Source of the DNA: Chlorokybus atmophyticus
Lineage: Eukaryota > Plantae > Mesostigma and Chlorokybus algae
Assembly (NCBI GenBank): GCA_009103225.1
Contig: RHPI01000003.1
Location: 528,900 to 592,899, forward strand
Reading direction: 5' to 3'
DNA: 64,000 bases
The position numbers were made by a program, and so were the translations under genes. The notes beneath the pieces are model-generated. The model had not been told where the DNA came from. It saw only the letters and a list, made by a program, of their open reading frames with translations, and ran no database searches. This document shows positions 35,067-48,138 of the stretch, in pieces (within the stretch, counting starts at the first letter, position 1; each line of letters starts with the position of its first letter).

Positions 35067-36439
35067 GCAACACTTGCAAGCTACTTCAAATGAGATTGAG
35101 AACAAACAAGGGGGGAGTCAACTGCAACAATTGTACAGCTGTAGAGTATGTGTGGGATACCGGAACACAAAGGGTGGTGTACATTAAGGCAGCATTGCTA
35201 GGGATAGTTTACTCGTTGGTGCAAGGGACACCATACATGATACGACATACTGGTGCAGCTGAACTTGGAAGCTCGCTATCTAGGTCTGTTGGTTTGAGTT
35301 AGCTATGAGCTTAGCGCAGGTTAGATATTTTGATGTGTCTGGTGTAGTGTCTGTTACAATGCAGGTTTTGTGGACAGCCATGCTCAGAGACCTCATACAT
35401 GCACAAGCTCATCATGCATGCCATCTGCAGCATAGAGTAGCAGCTGACATAACGGAGACAACAAACAGATTATACGTTTAAGATTGCACACCGTGCGGTC
35501 ACCGTCACTGTGTGGCACATTACCACGTGCAGTAGCACGTGCTGCTGAGCAGAAGCAGCAGCAGCAGAAGTGAAGACTGCATCCACTCCGATCAGTTGAT
35601 GCCACTGACTGTGGAGACCCATGCCCTCCTCAGGGCGATGCGTTTGCAGCGTTGCTGTACATACAGTGTGGTGTATGCAGTCGCATGCAATGAACATGCA
35701 AAAGGTGTGAGTAGCATACAGCATGCGGGCAGTCATTGTCATCCGGAAGTTTACCACCGGGCTGACCTAGTCTACCTTACTACTAACACCACCACCCTGT
35801 TAGACATGCAAGCATGCATATGATCCGCAGATTATCTGCACCACATGCAGCTGGTTGGTTGTGGTAGCAGCGCTAGGCAGTCGGCACCATCAACGGCAGA
35901 TGGGCTCCCTCTCCCTCCTCCCGCCAACATCACACTCTCATGCATGCCACAATCCTTGCATTTTATTTATTATATCACCCTCGCCCCTCCTCTCCGTTTT
36001 TTGCTGCTGTGTTCGGCAGTCGATCGTAAGCCTCAACCATGCACTGCTGACGTCAGCCGTGCAGGCTTACGGCGGTGGCGCGTGGCATGGTGGTTCGGTG
36101 CAGTCGGTGGGGTTGGGTGGTGGGGTGTTGCACAACATGCGACGCACAGTGCAGCACCGAGGGCTGGAGCCACGCTGTGTCTCACGCTTTTTGACATGCT
36201 ATCGTCAGCGCGTGTTGGTGACCTTGTATGCTGACATAGCTTCGGACATGGTGCTAACGACATCGGCGTTTCGCTCTGCAGGGGCGCGAGTCAGCCAGCA
36301 CCAGGTCACTGCGCTGGCTGTAGCGAACATCACTCGCGCTGAGTTGGTGAAATGCTTGCTGCATGTGTTGCAGAAGTGGCGTTGCAAGATTAGCACTTGA
36401 TTGCTGCTTAACCCCATGTAATCCACATCATCATAAACA

Positions 36440-38567
36440 CTATCTATGCAGTCGCGCCTGTGAGTTGGCCAAAGGATTGATAGAAATTGCGAATGCCAGC
36501 CGGTATAGGTTTTGCAGGTTCGTCACTACGCCAGATGTAACGCCAACAACCAACCTGCACACATGTCTGTGGTTACAATACCGCCAGGTCAACAGGGAAA
36601 GCATGAGTTGGCAAAATGCAAAGTGTCACAGCACATTAGTGCAGACTCATCAAGTGACAACACCAGCGCACAGACTACAGCAAACAAAGGCAACACATAC
36701 CGTCTGAGGTAGACGCGCTCCTGAGCCACGGCATACGCCAAGACAGCGACCACAAGCAGCCATTTTGCAGCGACGGTTGTGCCCGCGTCTCCTTTCATGT
36801 TATGCAGCCAGTGGCGGTAGCAAGCGGCCAACCAGTCTTTGAGCCATGAGCCTCTTGAGAGTAGACTGACAGCTGGAATTGGAGTGGACGGGACACCATT
36901 GGAGCTGCTCCCATGGTCACCAGCCTGCCATTATATAATGTGTTCAGATCGACTTGGTTTCTCTGCTCAAAGCCAGAGATGCCACTATTGTGGACAGGCC
37001 TAGCTTGATTGTTGCTATGGACTATCATAACCGCAGGCACCATGTGATTGTCTACCAGCAGGCATGCGTATGATCATGGTACATAGTTTGCATGAGGCAA
37101 ATGTGTCAGGCTCAGGTTTCGACGCACCGAGCCCTGTGCTTCATGTTCTGCTGCTGAGGATGGTGATGATGTTGTCGAGACAGATGAAGCCCTTTGCGCA
37201 GCAGCATCCTGTCCAGCTTGAACACCAGCGCCTTCTACACCAGCAACATGATGATGGTTGTTCCCCTGGGCGGACTGGCAGCTGCTGCTAGGCTGACTCG
37301 ACTCAACCGCCTGCCGGTCAAAAGTTGCTGTTCACAACGGTTGCATGTGTGTATGCATGCGCACGAGCACGGCTGCATGTGCGGCAATTGCATCCAACCG
37401 CTTTATTCCCATTCACACTGACACACCGACCTTCTCGTCCGCAATGGCGCGCAGAAAGCCAAGGGAGTTTCCTTCAAGACCAACCGTACGTGCCAACTCT
37501 AGCATGGCCTCCTGTGGGCACACACACAGCCATGTTGGTTGCACCAGTAAGTACACCCAAGTGCTGTGCATGTGGTTCATATGGTACGTCACGTACCTGC
37601 TCGGATCGCCACATGGACCGTACACTACGCTCTGTCGCATGCATCAAATAACGCTTCAGCAACTCCTTTGCGGCCGCGTGCGAGTTAGCCGCCAGCTGCA
37701 GATGTGCCCTGATGTTGATGAGAGTTGCATAAATGACACCCTGCTGCTTCTCAACTGGCAAGCATTGCCATGCCTAAGTGACAAGCAAAGACAGGCTGCA
37801 AGCCTGCTGCGACAGACACAGGACTTGCACGGATTGAAGTGTGCGCAGGGTAGCTGATGCGATACTTACACACTTTATCATACACAACTATAAGTTGTAC
37901 AACCTGCATTCGCGTACACGTATGCACGTGGCGAGGAGTACCACGTTATATCAGCTTACCAGAACATGATGTCTTGGGTGGGGAGTGCAGCAATGTCCAC
38001 GACACGCGATACGGCCCGCACTGCCTCCTCATGCCTAGCATAGCAAACCCAGTCAAGCCAGGACAGTATACCAACCGCTAAGCGTCTTTGATAAAATAAG
38101 CTCTCAATGACGAAAACGAACGCAACCTCCTTCTAAACCACGTTCATCACACCTTTAACACAACCCGTAGCACGTAGGAGCACACCCGCAGCTATACTCA
38201 ACAGCATCCATGCATTGCAAACCTAACCTAACCTTGCAATTTCTACAAGTTGAGTTGGTGTGCAAAGCAGGCACCAATTCGCCCTACATGGCACGATATG
38301 CACTTGCTGCAGCTGATTGTACGACAAGAGAATGCATGATGAACAAAACCTTACAGTGTCAGCCAACCTGTTGAGCTCATGGTAGGCTTGCAGCAGGGCA
38401 TACAAGGCAGCTCGCTTCAGGTCGTCATGCTCATACTTATCGTCATCAGGTGGCTCAGGCGGCAAGGCGGCGAGGGCGTCGGCAGCCGCCGCAGCCGCCT
38501 CCTCGAACCTGCGCCACACCAGGAGGCGCTCCGCACGGTCCACCGCCGCCTCCGCCGCCTCCACCAT
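36440..38567 (-). CDS. APEM9: APEM9-like peroxisomal tail-anchored protein (plant functional counterpart of PEX26/Pex15)
   Basis: N-terminus MVEAAEAAVDRAERLLVWRRFEEAAAAAADAL...ALYALLQAYHELNR. C-terminal TM segment KWLLVVAVLAYAVAQERVYLRR. Final exon NLQNLYRLAFAISINPLANSQARLHR* resembles the APEM9 ending (DFWKLAFSYQVNPLA, from memory). Confidence 0.75.
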
Positions 38568-38651
38568 GGCAAGGTGTTTCTACACCTGCTCCTGCTCTAA
38601 CCCTCATGAGCAGCTGCCCCCGCCCATGCCTTTGGCCACACCCTCAGCCAC

Positions 38652-41600
38652 ATGCGGCGGGTGGCCTCGGCGGGGGCGGCGGCAGGGGCGGCGGGGGCGG
38701 CGTTGGGGGAGGGGTCAGCGGGAGGGACGTCGTCGTCGACCTCCTCGGCGTCGTCTGCTCCTGGAGTCGTCGTCGTAGGGGTAGGTGACGCAGTTGTCGA
38801 CAATGTCGTTGAACGTTGTCGTTGGTGACGCTGTCGCTGTCCGTGGGCTTAGACAAACCCCAGCATCAGCTTGTGCTTTGCGTACATTGCAACTGAAAAC
38901 GTGTGGTAGTCTCTGAACCTAAGCATTGCGTGAGCACAAACAAGCGGCGTTGACAAGTTTTGAGAAATGCTTTGGTGCTGAATAACTCGCACACATGCTA
39001 CGAGCTGGTTAAATTAACATGCGGTTTGAAAGAGTGAGTTAAGCAGACAATCCAGCTGTTACTCACAAAACCCGTACTGAGAAGAATCTCATCCTGGACA
39101 GCAGCGAGAGATTAAGCTGCAACATGTAACAAGAGTACACGTGACCCGTCGTGCGTGTGCACGCGTGCTGTGCTGGCAGACGCACACGCGCACACGCACA
39201 CGCACACGCACATGTGCACATGCATAGACAAATGCGCACACACACACACATCCTACTGCAGGTGATACCCGTTTCGGGTGCAAGCAATGAAGACTGCGCA
39301 TTGTTGCTCGATCGCATACTCGACGCGAGTGTGTTCGCGGACATCATTCATTCCCAACGCCACCAATCCACAAGTCAAGAAGCGGCTCCTGCCTCTTTCT
39401 CCCCGGCACAACTCGCGAAAGATGTGGCGAGGGCCGCGACTCCCCTTTGCGTGTGCTCGCCATCCGACGTGATCGGCCGCTACGAACCCTCGCGAGGCGT
39501 GTTGCTGCTGCAGCTGTTGGCACGCCCGAATGCCAACGCACTCGATGATGTTGATGACCAGATTGTCCAAGCCATGGTGCTGCTGTTTACGGTAATGCCA
39601 AGAGTTTACACCTGCAATTTGCTTGTAACTTGTGGGTGTTGTTGATGACAACACCCACAAGTTGGAAATGCCATACTGTGCAGAAATGGCACAGCTGTAT
39701 TGCCCTTATGTTTCCGTGTGCGTGTTTGTTTCTACAGTAACTTATTGCCACAGTAACTTACTTTTCTCGTGTGCAGATGTGTCACATTGTGGTGCTTGTG
39801 CATGGCGTGACTCAACTTGACACGCGCTTTCTGCGCACGCTGCGAGCATTGCAGGTGAGCAAATGAGCTGTTGGTTGCACGACTCGTGTCTGATTGACTG
39901 CTTTTTTCTTGCAGGCAGCTAAGCATGCGTTGTTGACCAACGTAGCGCTACAAACCCTCAGCAAAGTTGACACGAATGCATCGTCATCATCAGCACGTCC
40001 CAACATGCGGCCAGGCAGCGCGCCGTCACAGCGCAAACCCAACGTGCCGTTTGCGTGCGTTCCCGTCCTGGCGCTCATCTTCCCGCACGAGAGAGTGGCG
40101 GCCATGCTGGCAAGCGGAGCCAAAGAGCTGGACCATGAAACGGCGTTGAAGCGGTGGCAAAGCGGGATGGAAGCACAGGTGGGTGTGTTGGTCGTGACAA
40201 GTCTGGTCCAGGCACATATGCAACATGCACGCTCGCACGCACGCTTGCGCAATCACATACACGCACGCACTTAGGCACCTGCACTCACACACATGCACAC
40301 ACATACACAGGCACACGCCTGCGACAGGCACGCATGCATGCAGATACGCTGACTATGCACATGCACACCGACATAAGGCCCCCTCTTGGATAGGTGCGTT
40401 TTACATTCCGCAAGTCTCGCGTGGCGGACCCCTCAGTCTCCACCTCGTCCTCACCGTCCCTGCGCCCGACGCAGTCCACGCTGTTCACGTTCGACCCTCA
40501 GCGAGCGGTGTTTGTGTCCGCTTCCGCAACCGCGCACTCGCGCGCCGTGCTGCAAAGCGCCCTCAGCATGTTTGAAGACGAGCTGGACGTGGATTTGATG
40601 GCGAGTAGGAGAGTTGTTACCTCAAGTGCGACCGATAGCATCCAACCACTAGCGGATTTCATATGGCGACAGGTATGTAGTTCAGTGTCTCATGCGTGTG
40701 CGAGCGCGTGTTCATATGTGCATGTGTGAGCAGGTGGACTTGTTGAGGGGTCGGGGAGCTATAGCGACATCATCAGCAGCTTCCGCGGCGATAGCGGCAG
40801 CGGTGGGCGGGTATCGCACCCCACGCGGGTATCTCGCTTCTTCGCGCATGGGCGCCGATCGCGCTTCCCTTTCGCTAACGGATTGGCTGAGTTGGCTTCT
40901 TCGTCTCGCTGCCGGTTTCACTCCCGTCACATCCACAGTCACTGAAAACGTATGGATAAATGTGTCAAGAAATGTTGTTGTATACGTGTTGGGTGCATAT
41001 TGATGTTGAAGGTTGCCATTGTTCAGTTGGACACGCAGGATGAGGGAGAGTCTGCGAAGGTTGAAGCGGCGTGCAAAGCCGCAGCGCAGCAGCTCACGTG
41101 CTTGCATCCCGAAATCCATCTGTCTGAAGCCAACTGCCGAGCCGCATTGCCACAAGCACTCGCCGAGTACGAAGCTGACGGGCCGGAGCGCTACCCGTTG
41201 CGTGTACACGAAGAGAAGGTATGTTGGTCCCGAAGTCGTGTTGTCATCAAAAATGCCTGACAAGTTGTGTGCGTTGCGGGTGTGTTATGTGTGATGCATC
41301 TCAGGTGAAGAGGGCGTTGACGCACTTCATGTCCTCTGCGAGGGGCCCTGCAGTGAAGAAGTATACTGACCTCTTACGTGCCGAGTGCGAGCGCATGTGG
41401 CAACCCAAACGTGGCTGCGAAGCAGTGAGCCTCACGGGGCAAGCGTGCACACTGCCGGTCAGCCGCTGAGAAACACCCTTCTGTTGCTGTTGTTGTTGTT
41501 GTTGTTGCTGCATGATTCACAAACAGTCAACAACACAGCCGCAAACTGCACGAGTTGCCTGCAGGTGCACGCCTTGCCGGGCCAGAGTCAGGAAGAAGAC

Positions 41601-43282
41601 AGCGTGCCACCCCGCACGCTATGCGCTCCTCATTCAAGTGGTGTAGAGTGCTTGCATACTTGCGGCTGCGGCAACAGCCGCGCCGTGCGTTCTGACCCTT
41701 TCACCATCGCTGAGGCTCATGAGGTATAAGCAATGCCGGTCAGTGTCCGAATCATCCACTGAATGTGACATCCAAGCTGATTGACACACGTTCCACTGCA
41801 GTTTGTGCATCGTCTTTCCTAAACTATGTGTCTCATTATTGTTACGTGTGTAAGTGTGAAGTGTAACGGCAGTGTGCTCTATGTGCTGCAGGGATTCTAC
41901 AGTCAGTTCAAGAGCTGTGCTTGCCAGCTGGGGAAAATAAGTTGTGAAGAGCGCATTGACCAAGGCAAAGAGTTGACACCCACGGATGCATGCGCGTGGA
42001 GTGTGTGCTCGTTGGGCAGTGCGAGCGTGTACTCGCCATCAGCCGGCCTCCAGCAGGTCAGCAACAATAGTGCAATAGTACTTTGGTAGAGTACGGCTGC
42101 TCTTCATCGATCACACACACAGTTCAACAGGCTCATCATTTTTGTCTGTGACATTGTCATTGTCGACACCACGACTTGCATGACTTTGACGGAAGAATTG
42201 TGTATATGTTTTACACATTGTTGCTGCGTCTTGTTCATTGCTGACTAGCTGCAGAACTCTATTGCAGGATGGTTTCCTGCCTGGACGCAATCTTTTGATA
42301 CAAACAGCAATCCCCATACCGACTGTGAAAGCCGAGCCAAGAACATCAATACTGAGCCCGCAGCTGGCACGCTCGCGTGAGAGCAATCACACAGGTTTGG
42401 CGGAGGCTGTTGATGCCCAGAAACTGGACAAAGGTGTCAAAGAGCCGACCAAGTTGCTTTTCGGGTCCTTTGAGGTGCCGCTTGACATTGAGGGAGACCA
42501 ACTGTCCAAAACAGACATGTAAGCATGATTGCGTTATGCTGTTGCGGGACATGCACTTTACGTGTTATATGCCTGTTGTGTTTTGGAGCATGCGTCAATG
42601 TTTTGTGTGATCACGCAGGCCGCCGGTAGAACTTGAGCGCAAACCTGATGTTGAACATGTTGCCGTGCATATTGGGTATGAGCACGAGTGCCCTTCAGGC
42701 CATAGATACTTGTTCAAAGAAGAGGAGCTGGTCTGCACGCCAGGTAGGAAACATGCGCATTGTGGCAGAGTGAGCACACATGCAGTGCACACACATACAG
42801 CGCGCACCTCAGAAGCAGATGTCGACTGTGTTCTTATGACTGCAAGTGCATCACCGGGGCTCAGTGATGTGTCTATAGCAGATGACAAACGTGATGTCCT
42901 CGCCAGAGATGTGCCGATATATCGCATCTGCGTGGGCTGCTGCTCAGCACAAGCTGAACAGCAGCACAGCAAGAACACTGATGCCGGGAGCACATCAGAA
43001 GCACGCCAGCTGTCGCAACTGCAGCGCATCTACATCGTCTCACCTACCCTACCCAAGCTAGCAACAAAAGCATGCGTGAAGTTCTTCCTAGGCAACAGTG
43101 AGAAAGAGTCTACTACTGGGCGTGAGGTCGTCTTGCCACCTGATAGCCTCTGTTGTGTCCGCTTGCCTTACATTTACGACGGATCGCGGCAAGAGAAGGA
43201 CACAATGCCTCGTGCATTTTTGTTTGGAGGCACGGCTGTGTATTTGCCGAGCACAAAGGGTGAAGTTGACCCTGCCGGATGA
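38652..43282 (+). CDS. SMG8: SMG8 nonsense-mediated decay factor (SMG1C regulatory subunit)
   Basis: ATG at 38652. Motifs: PGVVVVG|VIPVSG..DCALLLDRILDASVF; CHIVVLVHGVTQLDTRFLRTLRALQ; CERMWQPKRGCEAVSLTGQACTLP; HSSGVECLHTCGCGNSRAVRSDPF; IGYEHECPSGHRY; LCCVRLPYIY. Confidence 0.9.
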
Positions 43283-44296
43283 CCTGTGGCCGTGAAAGCC
43301 ATGCACTTTGGACACTACATTTTGGCTTGTGGAGGTGGACTCGACCATTGTATCTTTCAGAAGCTTCCTCTTGTTCTGCTGTCCAGCCACATCGAGCAGG
43401 TAAGGCTCTTATGTTTGCTGCCTTGGCGTTCCATGCTTGGATACTGAGTTACCTGCTTTTGCTTGCTTGTCAGTGGTGACACAAAGGCAAATTGCGAGTT
43501 GCTTGCGCTTTCCTGCCAGCGGTGATGGCGTTGGAGTTGTTACTTACCACACGTAACTCTCAGTGTACAGCAACCAGCCAGCATTGTTTTTAAGCCGCAT
43601 ACATGCATACTGGAGCACATGATGGGCTGAAGGCCTTGTGGCGTTGTCTACCAATCAGGGAGAAGGAATGCAATGGTTTATTGAGTGTGCAACTCGACAT
43701 TACGACGCAAAGTTACACTCACAACGTTTTGGTTTGGCAATGTCACTGCCTGTTCCCCTTTTCCTACAAATGCCAAGATGGCCTGTTGTGACACATTCCG
43801 GGGTGCAACCCACTGCAATGCCTTGCAACGCACAGCATCAATATCCTTGCCGGGGGCACTTCTCCGGCCAGTAATCAGCCAGCAGGCAGCTCATGATACC
43901 TGGCTTTGTGGCATTGGTAGTGATTTGTCAGGGTGCTGGGTAGCTCATTACTTGATTCAGACTTGCAATGTTATACAAATGCAACCTGGATGCAAAAGGC
44001 ATTGTCTTGGCACTCAGATGAACCCAAACTATCACACCATTGCACCTCCATGTATCCATCAACTCTCTATGAAAGTTCACATAGCGTACAGTGCAATTAC
44101 AGCCGACCATGCCTACATTGAATACACTCCTTGTATTGGGCACCCGCAGTAGCACAAACAGTTGTTGCATGCTCTATGCATGCGCATCTACACTCGCATT
44201 TCGTGTGATTCGTGCAAGACCAAGCACAGACATGCTGTATGCAGAAGCATTGCTGATGCCACTGCCCCAACGCAGCCAACACGCATTGACACAGCA

Positions 44297-47200
44297 TCAG
44301 TACACGCTGCCAATCTCAAAGGTGCCGGATGGTGGTGGAACGCGCGCATCGATCAGCCAGCTGTCTGCGAAAGGCGCTTCTTCGGGCAGCACGAACGGTT
44401 GGGTTATCGTGCGAACCATCAACTCCCCGCAGAAGGGACACTCCGCGGCAACTATCTCATCCAGCGCCATGCGCACCTAATGAGGAGAGACAGCAGAGAG
44501 CATAGTCAAAACCCAACATCACATCACTGTGGAATGCATGAGAGCGTGAGGTACGCTCTATTACAGAATCCTAGTCAATGCCAGTGTTTCTTGCCTGTTC
44601 AAGGGTTGGCTTCGGCTTTGAGGCATCAGTCTGCACCGTAAGCGCACCTTTGTTGTTGCGTGCTTCATCCGCCAGACTGGTGACCTGGCGCTTAAGATCT
44701 GTAATCCTCTCTCGCTGCGCAACACAACACAGCCATTAGCACAATAAGACTGCAACTAACACCCTGTTGAGGCCATTGAACAGTACTGTTGCTATGTGTC
44801 TGCGCGTGTGCATATGTGTGTGTACCTGAGTTGTGCCGGACACCTTGAACACGTGCGTGAGAAGGCAGTCGGAGTGAAACGCGTGCGAGCAGGGAAAGGC
44901 GTAGAAAGGTGCGAAAGGAAGGTTGCTATTGCTGCTGATGACGCTGCCGGCGTGGTTGCTGGTGATTATAGTGCTGCCATCCTGTGCGAGAAGAGGCCGT
45001 GCGCAAATACCGCACGGCTCGTCTCGCGACAACACCGTACAACGCTGAGACAGACCTGATGACAACACCAACATCAACACCATCATGTGTGTACTGTCGT
45101 GCATGCGGCCACCATCGTTTAACCATACAAATGATAAGAAGGCTGTCAGCGTGCGTGTGCGTGTACATGCGCATGCACAAGCGCGAGCGTGCGAGTACGT
45201 GTGTATACATGTGCATGCGTGTGCGTGTGAACGCTCAAGCGTGCATTCAAGACAACTCACTCAAGATTCAAAGCTCAAGTGAAGATAGGGCACACGACAC
45301 CAGTCAATGTCTCACCACTGATGTCTTTCCGTATTGTCTCGGCACGTCTAGTGGCGTCGTCCATCTCCGCCCGCAAAGCTTCAATTTGTCGGTTGTACTC
45401 TTCAAGCGACGCGCAGATGGCATCCTTGAAATCATCTATCAGCACAAAATCTGGGAAGAACGGAAGGATGTCTTCGATCTTCAACAGACCGTCCGTCTCC
45501 TGTATGTGAATGGTATTTTAACAACAACAAGCATCATCAACGACATCAGCCACAAAGATAAAATAGACCCTTCAACTACATTTCAACAACAAACCTTCAG
45601 GAAGGAGATGGCACGTCTGATGTTCTCTTTCTCCACTTCGTGATCGACGCCATTAGCTTGCTGGTCCTGATGAGCCATCTGGCAGGCAACAAGAGGAGGG
45701 CGTTTCATCAACACAGAACACATCACATCACATCCATGAGCTTGACAAGTCAGTCCAACCGTACCGATTGAACAATGTGTTGTGCAACGCGCAGCCACAG
45801 CCGTTTCCTGAGAGCGTCGTCGTCTTCAGGCTTGTTGGCCTCCTGCTTCGCTAAACCGACGTCCACCTGCGCCAGGCATAGCAGTTCATGTTGCTGTAGT
45901 GTGCGTGTGACCAACATCGCCACGCCAACAGACATGCTGGGCACTGGACTGCTCCCAACCAACCTTTTACAATTGTTTACACACCTGCAGTGCGAGTGAT
46001 ACGGCTTCTTCATACATGCCCAGAGCAGAGTACACGCGCACGCACGAGCGCAACCGACCCTTTTCCAAGCACCGCCTGGCATACAACCACCACCATAACC
46101 AAATCCACTATGTGTTGATACTATGTTACCCACCCAACATGCTTGCAACACGACAACAGACAGGCGTTGCAGCGCACACACAAACCTGAGGGCGTATTTG
46201 GGGTCGTAGCGCGTCGTCTCCATGCCTGCTACTGGCCACGTTTGCGAAAGAAACCGCAGCAGGTGGGTTTCATCATCCTGAGGTATACATTGCACGTTTC
46301 AAGCACACAACAACCAAGAGGATCACGCAATCAGCCAGCAAACAACACTGCTAGCGAAGCAGAAGAGCGGACACATACTCATAACAACATAATGTTTTGC
46401 AGGATGAGTGAGATAATGTGGTGCACATATCTCAATACCAGCTCAGCGTAAAGGGACAGCAGCAAATTATGCAAAGCCTGGTCTTCGCATAGGAGCCGCC
46501 GCACGCAGTATTCGAGATAGCGTATTGCCTCGTTTCTGCCCGAGCCGCTTGCAGCAGCATTATCATTGCTGCTGAGTTTTTAGAGTTAATAACAATGGCT
46601 CATCAGCGGCTTGCATGACACTTATGCCAAAGTCATGAGTGTTGTGGGACTCACCTATATGTTAATGACTGCGTGTAGCGTAGGAGTGCGGGTACCAACC
46701 TTCGCGGCGTCAAGTTTGCGCCAGCTGTACAAACGCGCAGACGCGGACATAAACACACAAGCATGCACACATCAGTTTGTAAGCAACTGACTGAAGTCAC
46801 ATGTCAACAAGAAAGCAACAGTCCTCCACCTGCGATCCACGCATCGACAGTGGCGACGGGATCAAGCGCCATGAGAGCGGGAGCAAACTTGTACACGAGC
46901 TCTTGCGGCACGCGCGGCCGTCGCAGCAAAGAGAGCGCTTTGGCCGCATCCCCACGCTGCCGACAAAGCACGTTGTCATCAGCACGCACGCACGCACAAG
47001 CACGCGCAATGATGCTCAATACCTGTATGTGATGTGACAGGACTGTCTCATGATCGCCCTTCAGCTCCGCGTAATACACCAGCTCGTGGGTACGTCCGTA
47101 GCTGCCGAGCAGGCGCACGGTTGTCGCTTCATCGAGGGCATCCACATGATCCTGTGCATCACATAGTGACATGTTGGCCAACAACAACAACAACAACTAC

Positions 47201-48105
47201 AACAACCACGAGCAATAAGCTACCTTTAAGAAAGCGCAAAACTCGTCAACGGTCTCTTTGTACGCTGCCGACGGGTCGTCATCATCGCCGGCAGCAATGA
47301 TGCTGGACGGGTCTTCAGCTCCATCCGGCATCAACCTGTTGAGCTGCACGACGAGTCTGTAATGCGTATATATGTGCATAACATTACACACAACATGCAC
47401 ATGTACACAAAATACTCTACCTTGTCAAGATACAGCTCTGTGGCCCAGGTGGCCACCATCGTGATCTGCGAGCGGTCTTCCCGGCTGAGATGATCCAACT
47501 TGTGCAGCAGAAAGGTCAGTAAAGCCTCCGAGTCCCGCACGGCAACAAACCTGACCAAAAAGTGTTACTCTTAAACCACCATTGCTGCATAAGGTGGACA
47601 TGTTGATCAATGAATGCTCACTCACTTCAGGGCCACTTCCTCGAAAGACGCGGCTGCGGGCGTCTGCACTTTGGCGTAAAGCATGGCAGCCTACACACAG
47701 CATAAAGCCAGTCAAGTCGATATTGATTTAAGCTTCTCGTTGCCAGTTGTGGGCTTGTTGTGCTGTTGTTTTGTCTCACTGCTGAAGCTGACCTGAGTGT
47801 ACTGTCCTTGGGAGTATGCGGTCGCCGCTTGCTTTGCATACACTGTGTCTCTGCAACATGTTGACCATGCATCAGCAAGCTGCATTCATGTCTACTCGAT
47901 ATTACTGCATATTGCTCGCACACATGACATGTGAAACCAAAAGGCGACTGCGAACGCTTGTAATGTGTCTTAATGAAAAGTCCACATGATTGTTATAGTG
48001 ACCTTTGCAACGTGTTGCGAGTGTGCTCGAGTGCCTGTTCATAGTCTGCGCGCTCCAGATGAAGCTTCCACACGTCACGCTCTTCATCCCGTATGGTGAC
48101 CTGCA

Positions 48106-48138
<33 letters not shown>

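Noticed and set aside
35855-36400. 181-aa plus-strand ORF between CCT and APEM9
   Set aside because: No family features. It lies in the region just 3' of APEM9, probably UTR or intergenic.
38597-38803. Minus-strand acidic/Pro-rich ORF, and plus-strand ORFs starting at 38566 and 38606 as the SMG8 start
   Set aside because: The minus ORF is the antisense shadow of SMG8 exon 1. Only the frame from ATG 38652 yields the conserved PGVVVVG that splices to the next exon.
47902-48138. Poly-Met ORF
   Set aside because: It is a (CAT)n microsatellite in a VPS18 intron.
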